DNA of 64,000 nucleotides, taken from the NCBI RefSeq assembly GCF_009914755.1, contig NC_060933.1; one strand, given 5' to 3'. Below are positions 14,701-28,800 of the stretch, piece by piece (position 1 is the stretch's first letter; each line of letters opens with the position of its first letter). The notes beneath the pieces were generated by a model, which was given only the letters and a program-made list of their open reading frames with translations, had not been told where the DNA came from and ran no database searches. Source of the DNA: the human T2T-CHM13v2.0 reference genome, Homo sapiens. Made by a program: the position numbers and the translations under genes.

Positions 14701-17700
14701 CGGAATGGAATGGAATGGAATGGAATGGAATGGAATGGAATGGAATGCAATGGAATGGAATGGAATGGAATGGAATGGAATGGTATGGAATGGAATGGAA
14801 TGGTACGGAATAGAATGGAATGCAACGAATTGTAATGGAATAGAATTGAATGGAATGGAATGGAATGGTATGAACGCGAGTGCAGGGGAATGTAATGGAA
14901 CGGAATGCAATGGAATGGAATCATCCGGAATGGAATGGAATGGAATGGAATGGAATCAACCCTAGTGCAATGGAATGGAGTGGAATGGAATGGAATGGAA
15001 TGGAACAACCCGTATGGAATGGAATGTAATGCAGAGTAAGGGATTTGAATAGAATCAATCCGAATGTAATGGAATGGAATGCAACGGAATGGAATGGAAT
15101 GGAATGGAATGGAATGCAATGGAATGGAATCAACCCGAGTACAATGGAATGGAATGGAATGGAATGGAATGGAATGGAATGGAATGGAATGCCTTCAAAC
15201 CGAATGGAATGGAAAGGAATGGAATCAACACGAGTGGAATGGAATGGAATGGAATGGAACGGAATGGAATGGAATGATACGGAATAGAATGGAATGGAAC
15301 GAAATGGAATGGAATGGAATGGAATGGAATGGAATGGAATGGAATCGTTCCGAGTGGAATAGGAGGGAATGTATTCGAGTGGAATGGAAAGGAATGGAAT
15401 CAACCAGAGTGGAATGGAAGGGAATGGAATGGAATGGAAACTAATAGAATGGAATCAACCCGAGTGGAATGGAATGGAAAGGACTGGAATGGAATGGAAT
15501 GGAATGGAATGGAATGGAATCAACTCGATTGTAATGGAATGGAATGGAATGGAATGGAATGGAATGGAATTAACCCGAATACAATGGAATGGAATGGAAT
15601 GGAACGGAATGGAGTGGAATGGAATGGAATCAACCCGAGTACAGTGGAATGGAATGGAATAGAATGCAATGGAATGGAATCATCTGGAATGGAATGGAAT
15701 GGAATGGAATGCAAAGCAATGGAATCAACTCGATTGCAATGGAATGGAATGGAATGGAAAGGAATACATTGGAATCAACCCGAGTGGAATGGAATGGAAA
15801 GGACTGGAATGGAGTGGAATGCAATGGAATGGAATGGAATGGAATCAACTCGATTGGAATGGAATGGAATGGAATGGAATGGAATGGAATTAACCCGAAT
15901 AGAATGGAATGGAATGGAATGGATCGGAACGGAATGGAATGGAATGGAATGGAATGGAATGGAATGGAATGGAATGGAATCAACTCGACTGCAGGGGAAT
16001 GGAATGGAATGGAATGCAATGGAATGGATTCAACTTGAATGGAATGGAAAGAATGGAATCAACACGAGTGGAATGGCATGGATTGGAATGGAATGGAATG
16101 GAATCAACCCGAGTACGGGGGAATGGAATGGAATGGAATGCAATGGAATGGAATCATCCGTAATGGAATGGAAAGGAATGGAATGGAATGGAATGGAATG
16201 GAATGGAATGGAATCAACTCAATTGCAATCGAATGGAATGGAATGGAATTAACCCGAATAGAATGGAATGGAATGGAATGGAACGGAACGGAACGGAATG
16301 GAATGGAATGGAATGGAATGTAACGGAAAGGAATGGAATGGAATGGAATGGAATGGAATGGAATGGAATGGAATGGAATGGAATCAACTCGATTGCAATC
16401 GAATGGAATGTCATGGAATTAACCCGAATAGAATGGAATGGACTGGAATGGAACGGAAAGGAATGGAATGGAATGGAATGGAGCGGAACGGAATGGAATG
16501 GAATGGAATGGAATGGAATCAACGCGAGTGCAGGGGAATGGAATGGAATGGAATGCAATGGAATGGAAACTTCCGGAATGGAATGGAATGGAATGGAATG
16601 GAATGGAATGAAATGCAATGGATTCAACTCGATTGCAATGCAATGGAATAGAATGGAATGGAATGGAATGGAATGGAATTAATCCGAATAGAATGGAATG
16701 GAATGGAATGGAACGGAATGGAACGGAATGGAATGGAATGGAGTGGAATGGAATGGCATGGAATGGAATGGAATGGTACGGAATAGAATAGGATGGAACG
16801 AATTGTAATGGATTGGAATTGAATGGAATGGAATGGAATGGAATGGAATCAACGCGAGTGCAGGGGAATGTAATGGAACGGAATGCAATGGAATGTAATC
16901 ATCCGGAATGGAATGGAATGGAATGGAAAGGAATGGAATCAACCCGAGTGCAATGGAATGGAGTGGAATGGAATGGAATGGAATGGAACAACCCGAATGG
17001 AATGGAATGTAATGGAGAGTAAGGGAGTTGAATAGAATCAATCCGAATGTAATGGAATGGAATAGAACGGAATGGAATGGAATGGAATGGAATGCAATGG
17101 AATGGAATCAACCCGAGTGCAATCGAATGGAATCAAATTGAATGGAATGCAATGGAATGGATTCAACTTGAATGGAATGGAAAGAATGGAATCAACACGA
17201 GTGGAAGGGCATGGATTGGAATGCAATGGAATGGAATCAACCCGAGTACAGGGGAATGGAATGGAATGGAATGCAATGGAATGGAATCATCCGTAATGGA
17301 ATGGAAAGGAATGGAATGGAATGGAATGGAATGTAATGGAATGGAATCAACACGATTACAATCGAATGGAATGGAATGGAATTAACCCGAATAGAATGGA
17401 ATGGAATGGAATGGAACGGAACGGAATGGAATGGAATGGAACGGAACGGAACGGAATGGAATGGAATGGAATGGAATGGAATGGAATGGAATCAACGCGA
17501 GTGCAGGGGAATGGAATGGAATGGAATGCAATGGAATGGAATCTTCCGGAATGGAATGGAATGGAATGGAATAGAATGGAATGGAATGGAATGGAATGGA
17601 ATCAACCCGAGTACAGGGGAATGGAATGGAATGTATTGCAATGGAATGGAATCATCCGTAATGGAATGGAAAGGAATGTAATGGAATGGAATGGAATGGA

Positions 17701-19859
17701 ATGGAATGGAATCAACTCGATTGCAATCGAATGGAATGGAATGGAATTAACCCGAATAGAATGGAATGGAATGGAACGGAACGGAACGGAACGGAATGGA
17801 ATGGAATCGAATGGAACGGAACGGAACGGAATGGAATGGAATGGAGTGGAATGGAATGGAATCAACGCGAGTGCAGGGGAATGGAATGGAATGGAATGCA
17901 ATGGAATGGAATATTCCGGAATGGAATGGAATGGAATGCAATGGATTCAACTCGATTGCAATGGAATGGAATAGAATGGAATGGAATGGAATGGAATGGA
18001 ATTAACCCGAATAAAATGGAATGGAATGGAATGGAACGGAACGGAACGGAACGGAATGGAATGGAATGGAATGGAATGGTATGGAATGGAATGGAATGGT
18101 ACGGAATAGAATGGAATGGAAAGAATTGGAATGGAATGGAATCGAATGGAATGGAATGGAATGGAATGGAATCAACCCGAGTGCAGGGGAATGTAATGGA
18201 ACGGAATGTAATGCAATGGAATCATCCGGAATGGAATGGAATGGAATGGAATGGAATGGAATGGAATGGAACCAACTCGATTGTGATGGAATGGAATGGA
18301 ATGGAATGGAATGGAATGGAATGGAATGGAATGGAATTAACCCGAATACAATGGAATGCAATGGAATGGAACGGAATGGAGTGGAATGGAATGGAATCAA
18401 CCCGAGTGCAGGGGAATGGAATGGAATGAAATGCAATGGAATGGAATCATCCGGAATGGAATGGAATGGAATGGAATGCAAAGCAATGGAATCAACTCGA
18501 TTGCAATGGAATGGAATGGAATGGAAAGGAATACATTGGAATCAGCCCGAGTGGAATGGAATGGAAAGGACTGGAATGGAGTGGAATGGAATGGAATGGA
18601 ATGGAATGGAATCAACTCGATTGAAATGGAATGGAATGGAATGGAATGGAATGGAATTAACCCGAATAGATTGGAATGGAATGGAATGGAATGGAACGGA
18701 ACGGAACGGAACGGAACGGAATGGAATGGAATGGAATGGAATGGAATGGAATCAACCCGACTGCAGTGGAATGGAATTGAATGGAATGCAATGGAATGGA
18801 TTCAACTTGAATGGAATGGAAAGAATGGAATCAACACGAGTGGAAAGGCATGGATTGGAATGGAATGGAATGGAATCAACCCGAGTACAGGGGAATGGAT
18901 TGGAATGGAATGCAATGGAATGGAATCATCCGTAATGGAATGGAAAGGAATGGAATGCAATGGAATGGAATGGAATGGAATGGAATGGAATGGAATCAAC
19001 TCGATTGCAGTCGAATGGAATGGAATGGAATTAACCCGAATAGAATGGAATGGAATGGAATGGAACGGAACGGAAGGGAACGGAACGGAATGGAATGGAA
19101 TGCAATGGAATGGAACGGAAAGGAATGGAATGGAATGGAATGGAATGGAATGGAATGGAATGGAATGGAATCAACGCGAGTGCAGGGGAATGGAATGGAA
19201 TGGAATGCAATGGAATGGAATCTTCCGGAATGGAATGGAATGGAATGGAATGGAATGGAATTAACCCGAATAGAATGGAATGGAATGGAATGGAACGTAA
19301 CGGAATGGAATGGAATGGAATGGAATGGAATGGAATGGAACGGAACGGAATGGAATGGAATGGAATGGAATGGAATGGAATGGAATGGAATCAACGCGAG
19401 TGCAGGGGAATGGAATGTAATGGAATGCAATGGAATGGAATCTTCCGGAATGGAATGGAATGGAATGGAATGGAATCAAACCGAGTGGAATGGAATGGAA
19501 TGGAATGGAACAACCCGAATGGAATGGAATGTAATGGAGTATAAGGGAGTTGAATAGAATCAATCCGAATGTAATGGAATGGAATGGAATGGAACGGAAT
19601 GGAATTGAATGGAATGGAATGGAATGCAATGGAATGGAATCAACCCGAATGCAATGGAATGGAGAGGAATGGAATGGAATGGAGTGGAAACTACCCGAAT
19701 GGAATGGAATGTAATGGAGTGTAAGGGAATTGAATAGAATCAATGCGAATGTAATGGAAAGGAATGGAACTGAATGGAATGGAATGGAATGGAATGGAAT
19801 GCAATGGAATGGAATCAACCCTAGTGCAATCGAATGGAATCGAATGGAATGGAATGCAA

Positions 19860-22800
19860 TGGAATGGAATCAACTCGATTGCAATCGAATGGAATGGAAT
19901 GGAATTAACCCGAATAGAATGGAATGGAACGGAATGGAAAGGAACGGAATCGAATGGAATGGAATGGAATGGAATGGAACGGAATGGAATGGAATGGAAT
20001 CAACGCGAGTGCAGGGGAATGTAATGGAACGGAATGTAATGGAATGGAATCATCCGGAATGGAATGGAATGGAATGGAATGGAATGGAATGGAATGGAAT
20101 GGAATCAACCCGAGTGCAATGGAATGGAGTGGAATGGAATGGAATGGAATGGAACAACCCGAATGGAATGGAACGTAATGGAGAGTAAGGGAGTTGAATA
20201 GAATCAATCCGAATGTAATGGAATGGAATGCAACGGAATGGAATGGAATGGAATGCATTGGAATGCAATCATCCCGAGTACAATGGAATGGAATGGAATG
20301 GAACGGAATGGAATGGAATGGAATGGAATGGAATGGAATGGAATGGAATGCCTTCAAACCGAATGGAATGGAAAGGAATGGAATCGACACGAGTGGAATG
20401 GAATGGAATGGAATGAAATGGAATGGAATGGAATGATACGGAATAGAATGGAATGGAACGAAATGGAATGGAATGGAATGGAATGGAATGGAATGGAATG
20501 GAATCGTTCCGAGTGGAATAGGAGGGAATGTATTCGAGTGGAATGGAAAGGAATGGAATCAACCAGAGTGGAATGGAAGGGAATGGAATGGAATGGAAAA
20601 TAATAGAATGGAATCAACCCGAGTGGAATGGAATGGAAAGGACTGGAATGGAATGGAATGGAATGCAATGGAATCAACTCGATTGTAATGGAATGGAAGG
20701 GAATGGAATGGAATGGAATGGAATGGAATTAACTCGAATACAATGGAATGGAATGGAATGGAACGGAATGGAGTGGAATGGAATGGAATCAACCCGAGTG
20801 CAGGGGAATGGAATGGAATGGAATGCAATGGAATGGAATCATCCGGAATGGAATGGAATGAAATGGAATGCAAAACAATGGAATCAACTCGATTGCAATG
20901 GAATGGAATGGAATGGAAAGGAATACATTGGAATCAACCCGAGTGGAATGGAATGGAAAGGACTGGAATGGAGTGGAATGGAATGGAATAGAATGGAATG
21001 GAATCAACTCAATTGGAATGGAATGGAATGGAATGGAATGGAATGGAATTAACCCGAATAGAATGGAATGGAATGGAATGGAACGGAACGTAACGGAATG
21101 GAATGGAATGGAATGGAATGGAATGGAATCAACCCGACTGCAGGGGAATGGAATGGAATGGAATGCAATGGAATGGATTCAACTTGAATGGAAAGGAAAG
21201 AATGGAATCAACACGAGTGGAATGGCATGGATTGGAATGGAATGGAATGGAATGAACCCGAGTACAGGGGAATGGAATGGAATGGAATGCAATGGAATAG
21301 AATCATCCGTAATGGAATGGAAAGGAATGGAATGGAAAGGAATGGAATGCAATGGAATGGAATGGAATGGAATGGAATCAACTCGATTGCAATCGAGTGG
21401 AATGGAATGGAATTAACCCGAATAGAATGGAATGGAATGGAATGGAACGGAATGGAACGGAATGGAATGGAATGGAATGGAATGGAATGGAATGGAATGG
21501 AACGGAAAGGAATGGAATGGAATGGAATGGAATGGAATGGAATGGAATGGAATCAACGCGAGTGCAGGGGAATGGAATGGAATGGAATGCAATGGAATGG
21601 AATCTTCCGGAATGGAACGGAATGAAATGGAATGGAATGGAATGGAATGGAATAAACCCGAGTGCAATGGAATGGAGTGGAATGCAATGGAATGGAATGG
21701 AACAGCCCTAATGGAATGGAATGTAATGGAGAGTAAGGGAGTTGAATAGAATCAATCCGAATGTAATGGAGTGGAATGGAACGGAATGGAATTGAAAGGA
21801 ATGGAATGGAATGCAATGGAATGGAATCAACCCGAGTGCAATGGAATCGAGAGGAATGGAATGGAATGGAATGGAAACTACCCGAATGGAATGGAATGTA
21901 ATGGAGTGTAAGGGAATTGAATAGAATCAATCCGAATGTAATGGAATGGAATGGAACGGAATGGAATGGAATGGAATGGAATGGAATGGAATGCAATGGA
22001 ATGGAATCAACCCGAGTGCAATCGAATGGAATCGAATGGAATGGATTGCAATGGAATGGATTCACCTTGAATGGAATGGAAAGAATGGAATCAACACGAG
22101 TAGAAGGGCATGGATTGGAATGCAATGGAATGGAATCAACCCGAGTACAGGGGAATGGAATGGAATGGAATGCAATGGAATGGAATCATCCGTAATGGAA
22201 TGGAAAGGAATGGAATGGAATGGAATGGAATGGAATGGAATGGAATGGAATGGAATGGAATCAACACGATTGCAATCGAATGGAATGGAATGGAATTAAC
22301 CCGAATAGAATGGAATGGAATGGAATGGAACGGAACGGAATGGAATGGAATGGAATGGAATGGAATGGAACGGAACGGAACGGAACGGAATGGAATGGAA
22401 TGGAATGGAATGGAATGGAATCAACGCGAGTGCAGGTGAATGGAATGGAATCGAATGCAATGGAATGGAATCTTCCGGAATGGAATGGAATGGAATGAAA
22501 TGCAATGGATTCAACTCGATTGCAATGGAATGGAATAGAATGGAATGGAATGGAATGGAATGGAATTAACCCGAATGGAATGGAATGGAATGGAACGGAA
22601 TGGAACGGAATGGAATGGAATGGAATGGAATGGAATGGAATGGTATGGAATGGAATGGAATGGTACGGAATAGAATGGAATGGAACGAATTGTAATAGAA
22701 TGGAATTGAATGGAATGGAATGGAATGGAATGGAATCAACCCGAGTGCAGAGGAATGTAATGGAATGGAATGCAATGGAATGGAATCATCCGTAATGGAA

Positions 22801-25800
22801 TGGAAAGGAATGGAATGGAAAGGAATGCAATGGAATGGAATGGAATGGAATGGAATCAACTCGATTGCAATCGAATGGAATGGAATGGAATTAACCCGAA
22901 TAGAAGGGAATGGAATGGAATGGAACGGAACGGAATGGAATGGAATGCAAAGGAATGGAATGGAACGGAACGGAACGGAATGGAATGGAATGGAATGGAA
23001 TGCAATGGAATGGAATCAACGCGAGTGCAGGGGAATGTAATGGAACGGAATGTAATGGAATGGAATCATCCGGAATGGAATGGAATGGAATGGAATGGAA
23101 TGGAATGGAATCAACCCGAGTGCACTGGAATGGAGTGGAATGGAATGGAATGGAATGGAACAACCCGAATGGAATGGAACGTAATAGAGAGTAAGGGAGT
23201 TGAATAGAATCAATCCGAATGTAATGGAATGGAATGCAACGGAATGGAATGGAATGGAATGCAATGGAATGCAATCAAACCGAGTACAATGGAATGGAAT
23301 GGAATGGAATGGAATGGAATGGAATGGAATGCCTTCAAACCGAACGGAATGGAAAGGAATGGAATCAACACGAGTGGAATGGAATGGAATGGAATGAAAT
23401 GGAATGGAATGGAATGATACGGAATAGAATGGAATGGAACGAAATGGAATGGAATGGAATGGAATGGAATGGAATGGAATGGAATGGAATGGAATGGAAT
23501 CGTTCCGAGTGGAATAGGAGGGAATGTATTCGAGTGGAATGGAAAGGAATGGAATCAACCAGAGTGGAATGGAAGGGAATGGAATGGAATGGAAACTAAT
23601 AGAATGGAATCAACCCGAGTGGAATGGAATGGAAAGGACTGGAATGGAATGGAATGGAATGGAATGGAATGGAATGGAATCAACTCGATTGTAATGGAAT
23701 GGAATGGAATGGAATGGAATGGAATGGAATAAACTCGAATACAATGGAATGGAATGGAATGGAACGGAATGGAGTGGAATGGAATGGAATCAACCCGAGT
23801 GCAGGGGAATGGAATGGAATGGAATGCAATGGAATGGAATCATCCGGAATGGAATGGAATGAAATGGAATGCAAAGCAATGGAATCAACTCGATTGCAAT
23901 GGAATGGAATGGAATGGAAAGGAATACATTGGAATCAACCCGAGTGGAATGGAATGGAAGGGACTGGAATGGAGTGGAATGGAATGGAATAGAATGGAAT
24001 GGAATCAACTCGATTGGAATGGAATGGAATGGAATGGAATGGAATGGAATTAACCCGAATAGAATGGAATGGAATGGAACGGAACGGAATGGAATGGAAT
24101 GGAATGGAATGGAATGGAATGGAAACAACCCGACAGCAGGGGAATGGAATGGAATGGAATGCAATGGAATGTATTCAACTTGAAAGGAATGGAAAGAATG
24201 GAATCAACACGAGTGGAATGGCATGGATTGGAATGGAATGGAATGGAATGAACCCGAGTACAGGGGAATGGAATGGAATGGAATGCAATGGAATAGAATC
24301 ATCCGTAATGGAATGGAAAGGAATGGAATGGAAAGGAATGGAATGCAATGGAATGGAATGGAATGGAATGGAATCAACTCGATTGCAATCGAGTGGAATG
24401 GAATGGAATTAACCCGAATAGAATGGAATGGAATGGAATGGAATGGAACGGAACGGAATGGAAAGGAATGGAATGGAATGGAACGGATCGGAATGGAATG
24501 GAATGGAATGGAATGGAATGGAATGGAATCAACGCGAGTGCAGGGGAATGGAATGGAATGGAATGCAATGGAATGGAAACTTCCGGAATGGAACGGAATG
24601 GAATGGAATAGAATGGAATGGAATGGAATGGAATGGAATCAACCCGAGTACAGGGGAATGGAATGGAATGGAATGCAATGGAATCGAATCATCCGTAATG
24701 GAATGGAAAGGAATGGAATGGAATGGAATAGAATGGAATGGAATGGAATGGAATGGAATCAACTCGATTGCAATCGAATGGAATGGAATGGAATTAACCC
24801 GAATAGAATGGAGTGGAATGGAATGGAACGGAACGGAACGGAACGGAACGGAATGGAATGGAATGGAATGGAATGGAATGGAACGGAAAGGAATGGAATG
24901 GAATGGAATGGAATGGAATGGAATGGAATCAACGCGAGTGCAGGGGAATGGAATGGAATGGAATGCAATGGAATGGAATCTTCCGGAATGGAATGGAATG
25001 GAATGGAATGGAATGGAATGGAATGGAATAAACCCGAGTGCAATGAAATGGAGTGGAATGGAATGGAATGGAATGGAACAACCCGAATGGAATGGAATGT
25101 AATGGAGAGTAAGGGAGTTGAATAGAATCAATCCGAATGGAATGGAATGGAATGGAACGGAATGTAATTGAATGTAATGGAATGGAATGCAATGGAATGG
25201 AATCAACCCGAGTGCAATGGAATGGAGAGGAATGGAATGGAATGGAATGGAACCTACCCGAATGGAATGGAATGTAATGGAGTGTAAGGGAATTGAATAG
25301 AATCAATCCGAATGTAAAGGAATGGAATGGAACGGAATGGAATGGAATGGAATGGAATGGAATGGAATGGAATGGAATGCAATGGAATGGAATCAACCCG
25401 AGTGCAATCGAATGGAATCAAATGGAATGGAATGCAATGGAATGGATTCAACTTGAATGGAATGGAATGAATGGAATCAACACGAGTGGAAGGGCATGGA
25501 TTGGAATGCAATGGAATGGAATCAACCCGAGTACAGGGGAATGGAATGGAATGGAATGCAATGGAATGGAATCATCCGTAATGGAATGGAAAGGAATGGA
25601 ATGGAATGGAATGGAATGGAATGGAATGGAATCAACACGATTGCAATCGAATGGAATGGAATGGAATTAACCCGAATAGAATGGAATGGAATGGAATGGA
25701 TCGAAACGGAATGGAATGGAATGGAATGGAATGGAATGGAAAGGAATGGAATCAACGCGAGTGCAGGGGAATGGAATGTAATGGAATGCAATGGAATGGA
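19860..25800 (+). repeat. Diverged tandem duplication, ~3.0-3.4 kb unit
   Basis: Shared variants: GAACGTAAT 20171/23177, AACTCGAATAC 20731/23732, AATGAACCCGAGTAC 21251/24247, AATCGAGTGG 21391/24387. The offset rises to ~3.38 kb after ~24.6 kb. Ends are approximate. Confidence 0.75.
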
Positions 25801-28800
25801 ATCTTCCGGAATGGAATGGAATGGAATGGAATCAACCCGACTGCAATGGAATGGAGTGGAATGGAATGGAATGGAATGGAACAACCCGAATGGAATCGAA
25901 TATAATGGAGAGTAAGGGAGTTGAATAGAATCCTTCCGAATGTAATGGAATGGAATGGAACGGAATGGAATGGAATGGAATGGAATGGAATGGAATGGAA
26001 TGCAATGGAATGGAATCAACCCGAGTGCAATCGAATGGAATGGAATGCAATGGAATGCAATGGAATGGATTCAACTAGAATGGAATGGAAAGAATGGAAT
26101 CAACAAGAGTTGAAGGGCATGGATTGGAATGGAATGGAATGGAATCAACCCGAGTACAGGGGAATGGATTGGAATGTAATGCAATGGAATGGAATCATCC
26201 GTAATGGAATGGAAAGGAATGGAATGGAATGGAATGGAATGGAATGGAAAAAATTGGTTGCAATCGAATGGAATTGAATGGAATTAACCCGAATAGAATG
26301 GAATGGAATGGAATGGAACGGAACGGAATGGAATGGAATGGAATGGAATGGAATGGAAAGGAAAGGAAGGGAATGGAATGGAATAGAATGGAATAGAATG
26401 GAATCAACGCGAGTGCAGGGGAATGGAATGGAATGGAATGGAATCGAATGGAATGGAATGGAATTAACCGGAATAGAATGGAATGGAATGGATTGGAACG
26501 GAATGGAATGGAATGGAATGGAATGGAATGGAATGGAATCAACCCGAGTGCAGGGGAATGGAATGGAATGGAATGCAATGGAATGGAATCATCCGGAATG
26601 GAATGGAATGGAATGGAATGCAATCAACCTGATGCAATGGAATGGAGTGGAATGGAATGGAATGCAATGGAAACATCCCGAATGGAATGGAATGGAATGG
26701 AGTGTAAGGGAATTGAATAGAATCAATCCGAATGTAATGGAATGGAATAGAATGAAATGGAATGGAATGGAATGGAATGGAATCACCCCGAGTGCAATGG
26801 AATGGATTCGAATGGAATGGAATGGAATGGAATGGATTCAACAAGAATGGAATGGAAAGGAATGGAATCAACCCGAGTGTAATGGCATGGAATGGAACGG
26901 AATGGAATGGGATGGAATGGAATGGTATGGAATATAATGGAATGGAATGGAATGGAATGGAATGGAATGGAATGGAATGGAATGGAATGGAATGAACCCG
27001 TGTGCAATGGAATGGAATGGAATGGAATGGAATGGAATGGATTCAACTCGAATGGAATCAACTCGATTGCAATGGAATGGAATGGAATTGAAAGGAATAG
27101 AATGGAATCAACCCGAGTGGAATGGAATGGAAAGGACTGGAATGGAGTGGAATGGAATGGAATGGAATTAACCCGAATAGAATGAAATGGAACGGAATGG
27201 AATGGAATGTAATGGAATGGAATGGAATGGAATCAACCCGAGTGCAGGGGAATGCAATGGAATGGAATGCAATGGAATGGAATCATCCGGAATGGAATGG
27301 AATGGAATGGAATGGAATGGAATCAACTCGATTTCAATGGAATGGAATGGAATAGAATGGAATGGAATTAACACGAATAGAATGGAATGGAATGGAATGG
27401 AATGGAACAGAAAGGAATGGAATGGAATGGAATGGAATCAACCCAAGTGCAGGGGAATGGAATGGAATGGAATTCAATGGAATGGAATCATCCGGGATGG
27501 AATGGAATGGAATGGAATGGAATGAAATGGAATGGAATGGAATGGAATGGAATGGAATCAACCCGAGTGCAATGGAATGGAGAGGAATGGAATGGAATGG
27601 AATGGAAACTACACGAATCGAATGGAATGTAATGGAGTGTAAGGGAATTGAATAGAATGAATCCGAATGGAATGGAATGGAAAGGAATGGAATGGAATGG
27701 AATGGAATGGAATGGAATGCAATGCCATGGAATCAACCCGAGTGCAATCAAATGGAATCGAATGGAATGGAATGCAATGGAATGGATTCAACTTGAATGG
27801 AATGGAAAGAATGGAATCAACACGACTGGAATGGCATGGATTGGAATGGAATGGAATGTAATCAACCCGAGTACAGGGGAATGGAATGGAATGGAATGAA
27901 ATGGAATGGAGTCATCCGTAATGTAATGGAAAGGAATGGAATGGAATGGAATGGAATGGAATGGAATCAACTCGATTGGAATGGAATGGAATGGAATGGA
28001 ATGGAATGGAATGGAATGGAATTAATCCGAATAGAATGGAATGGAATGGAATGGAACGGAACGGAACGGAACGGAATGGAATGGAATGGAATGGAATGGA
28101 ATGGAATGGAATGGAATCAACCTGACTGCAGGGGAATGGAATGGAATGGAATGCAATGGAATGGAATCTTCCGGAATGGAATGGAATGGAATGGAATGAA
28201 ATGAAATGCAATGGATGCAACTCGATTGCAATGGAATGGAATAGAATGGAATGGAATGGAATGGAATGGGATTAACCCGAATAGAATGGAATGGAATGGA
28301 ATGGAATGGAATGGAACGGAATGGAATGGAATGGAATGGAATGGATTGGAATGGAATGGTATGGAATGGAATGGAATGGAATCAACCCGAGTACAGGGGA
28401 ATGGAATGGAATGGAATGCAATGGAATGGAATCATCCGTAATTGAATGAAAAGGAATGGAATGGAATGGAATGGAATGGAATGAAATCAACTCGATTGCA
28501 ATCGAATGGAATGGAATGGAATTAACCCGAATAGAATGGAATGGAATGGAATGGAACGGAACGGATCGGAATGGAATGGAATGGAATGGAATGGAATGGA
28601 ATGGAATGGAATGGAATCAACGCGAGTGCAGGGGAATGGAATGGAATGGAATGCAATGGAATGGAATCTTCCGGAATGGAATGGAATGGAATGGAATGAA
28701 ATGGAATAAACCTGAGTGCAATGGAATGGAGTGGAATGGAATGGAATGGAATGGAACAAGCCGAATGCAATGGAATGTAATGGAGAGTAAGGGAGTTGAA

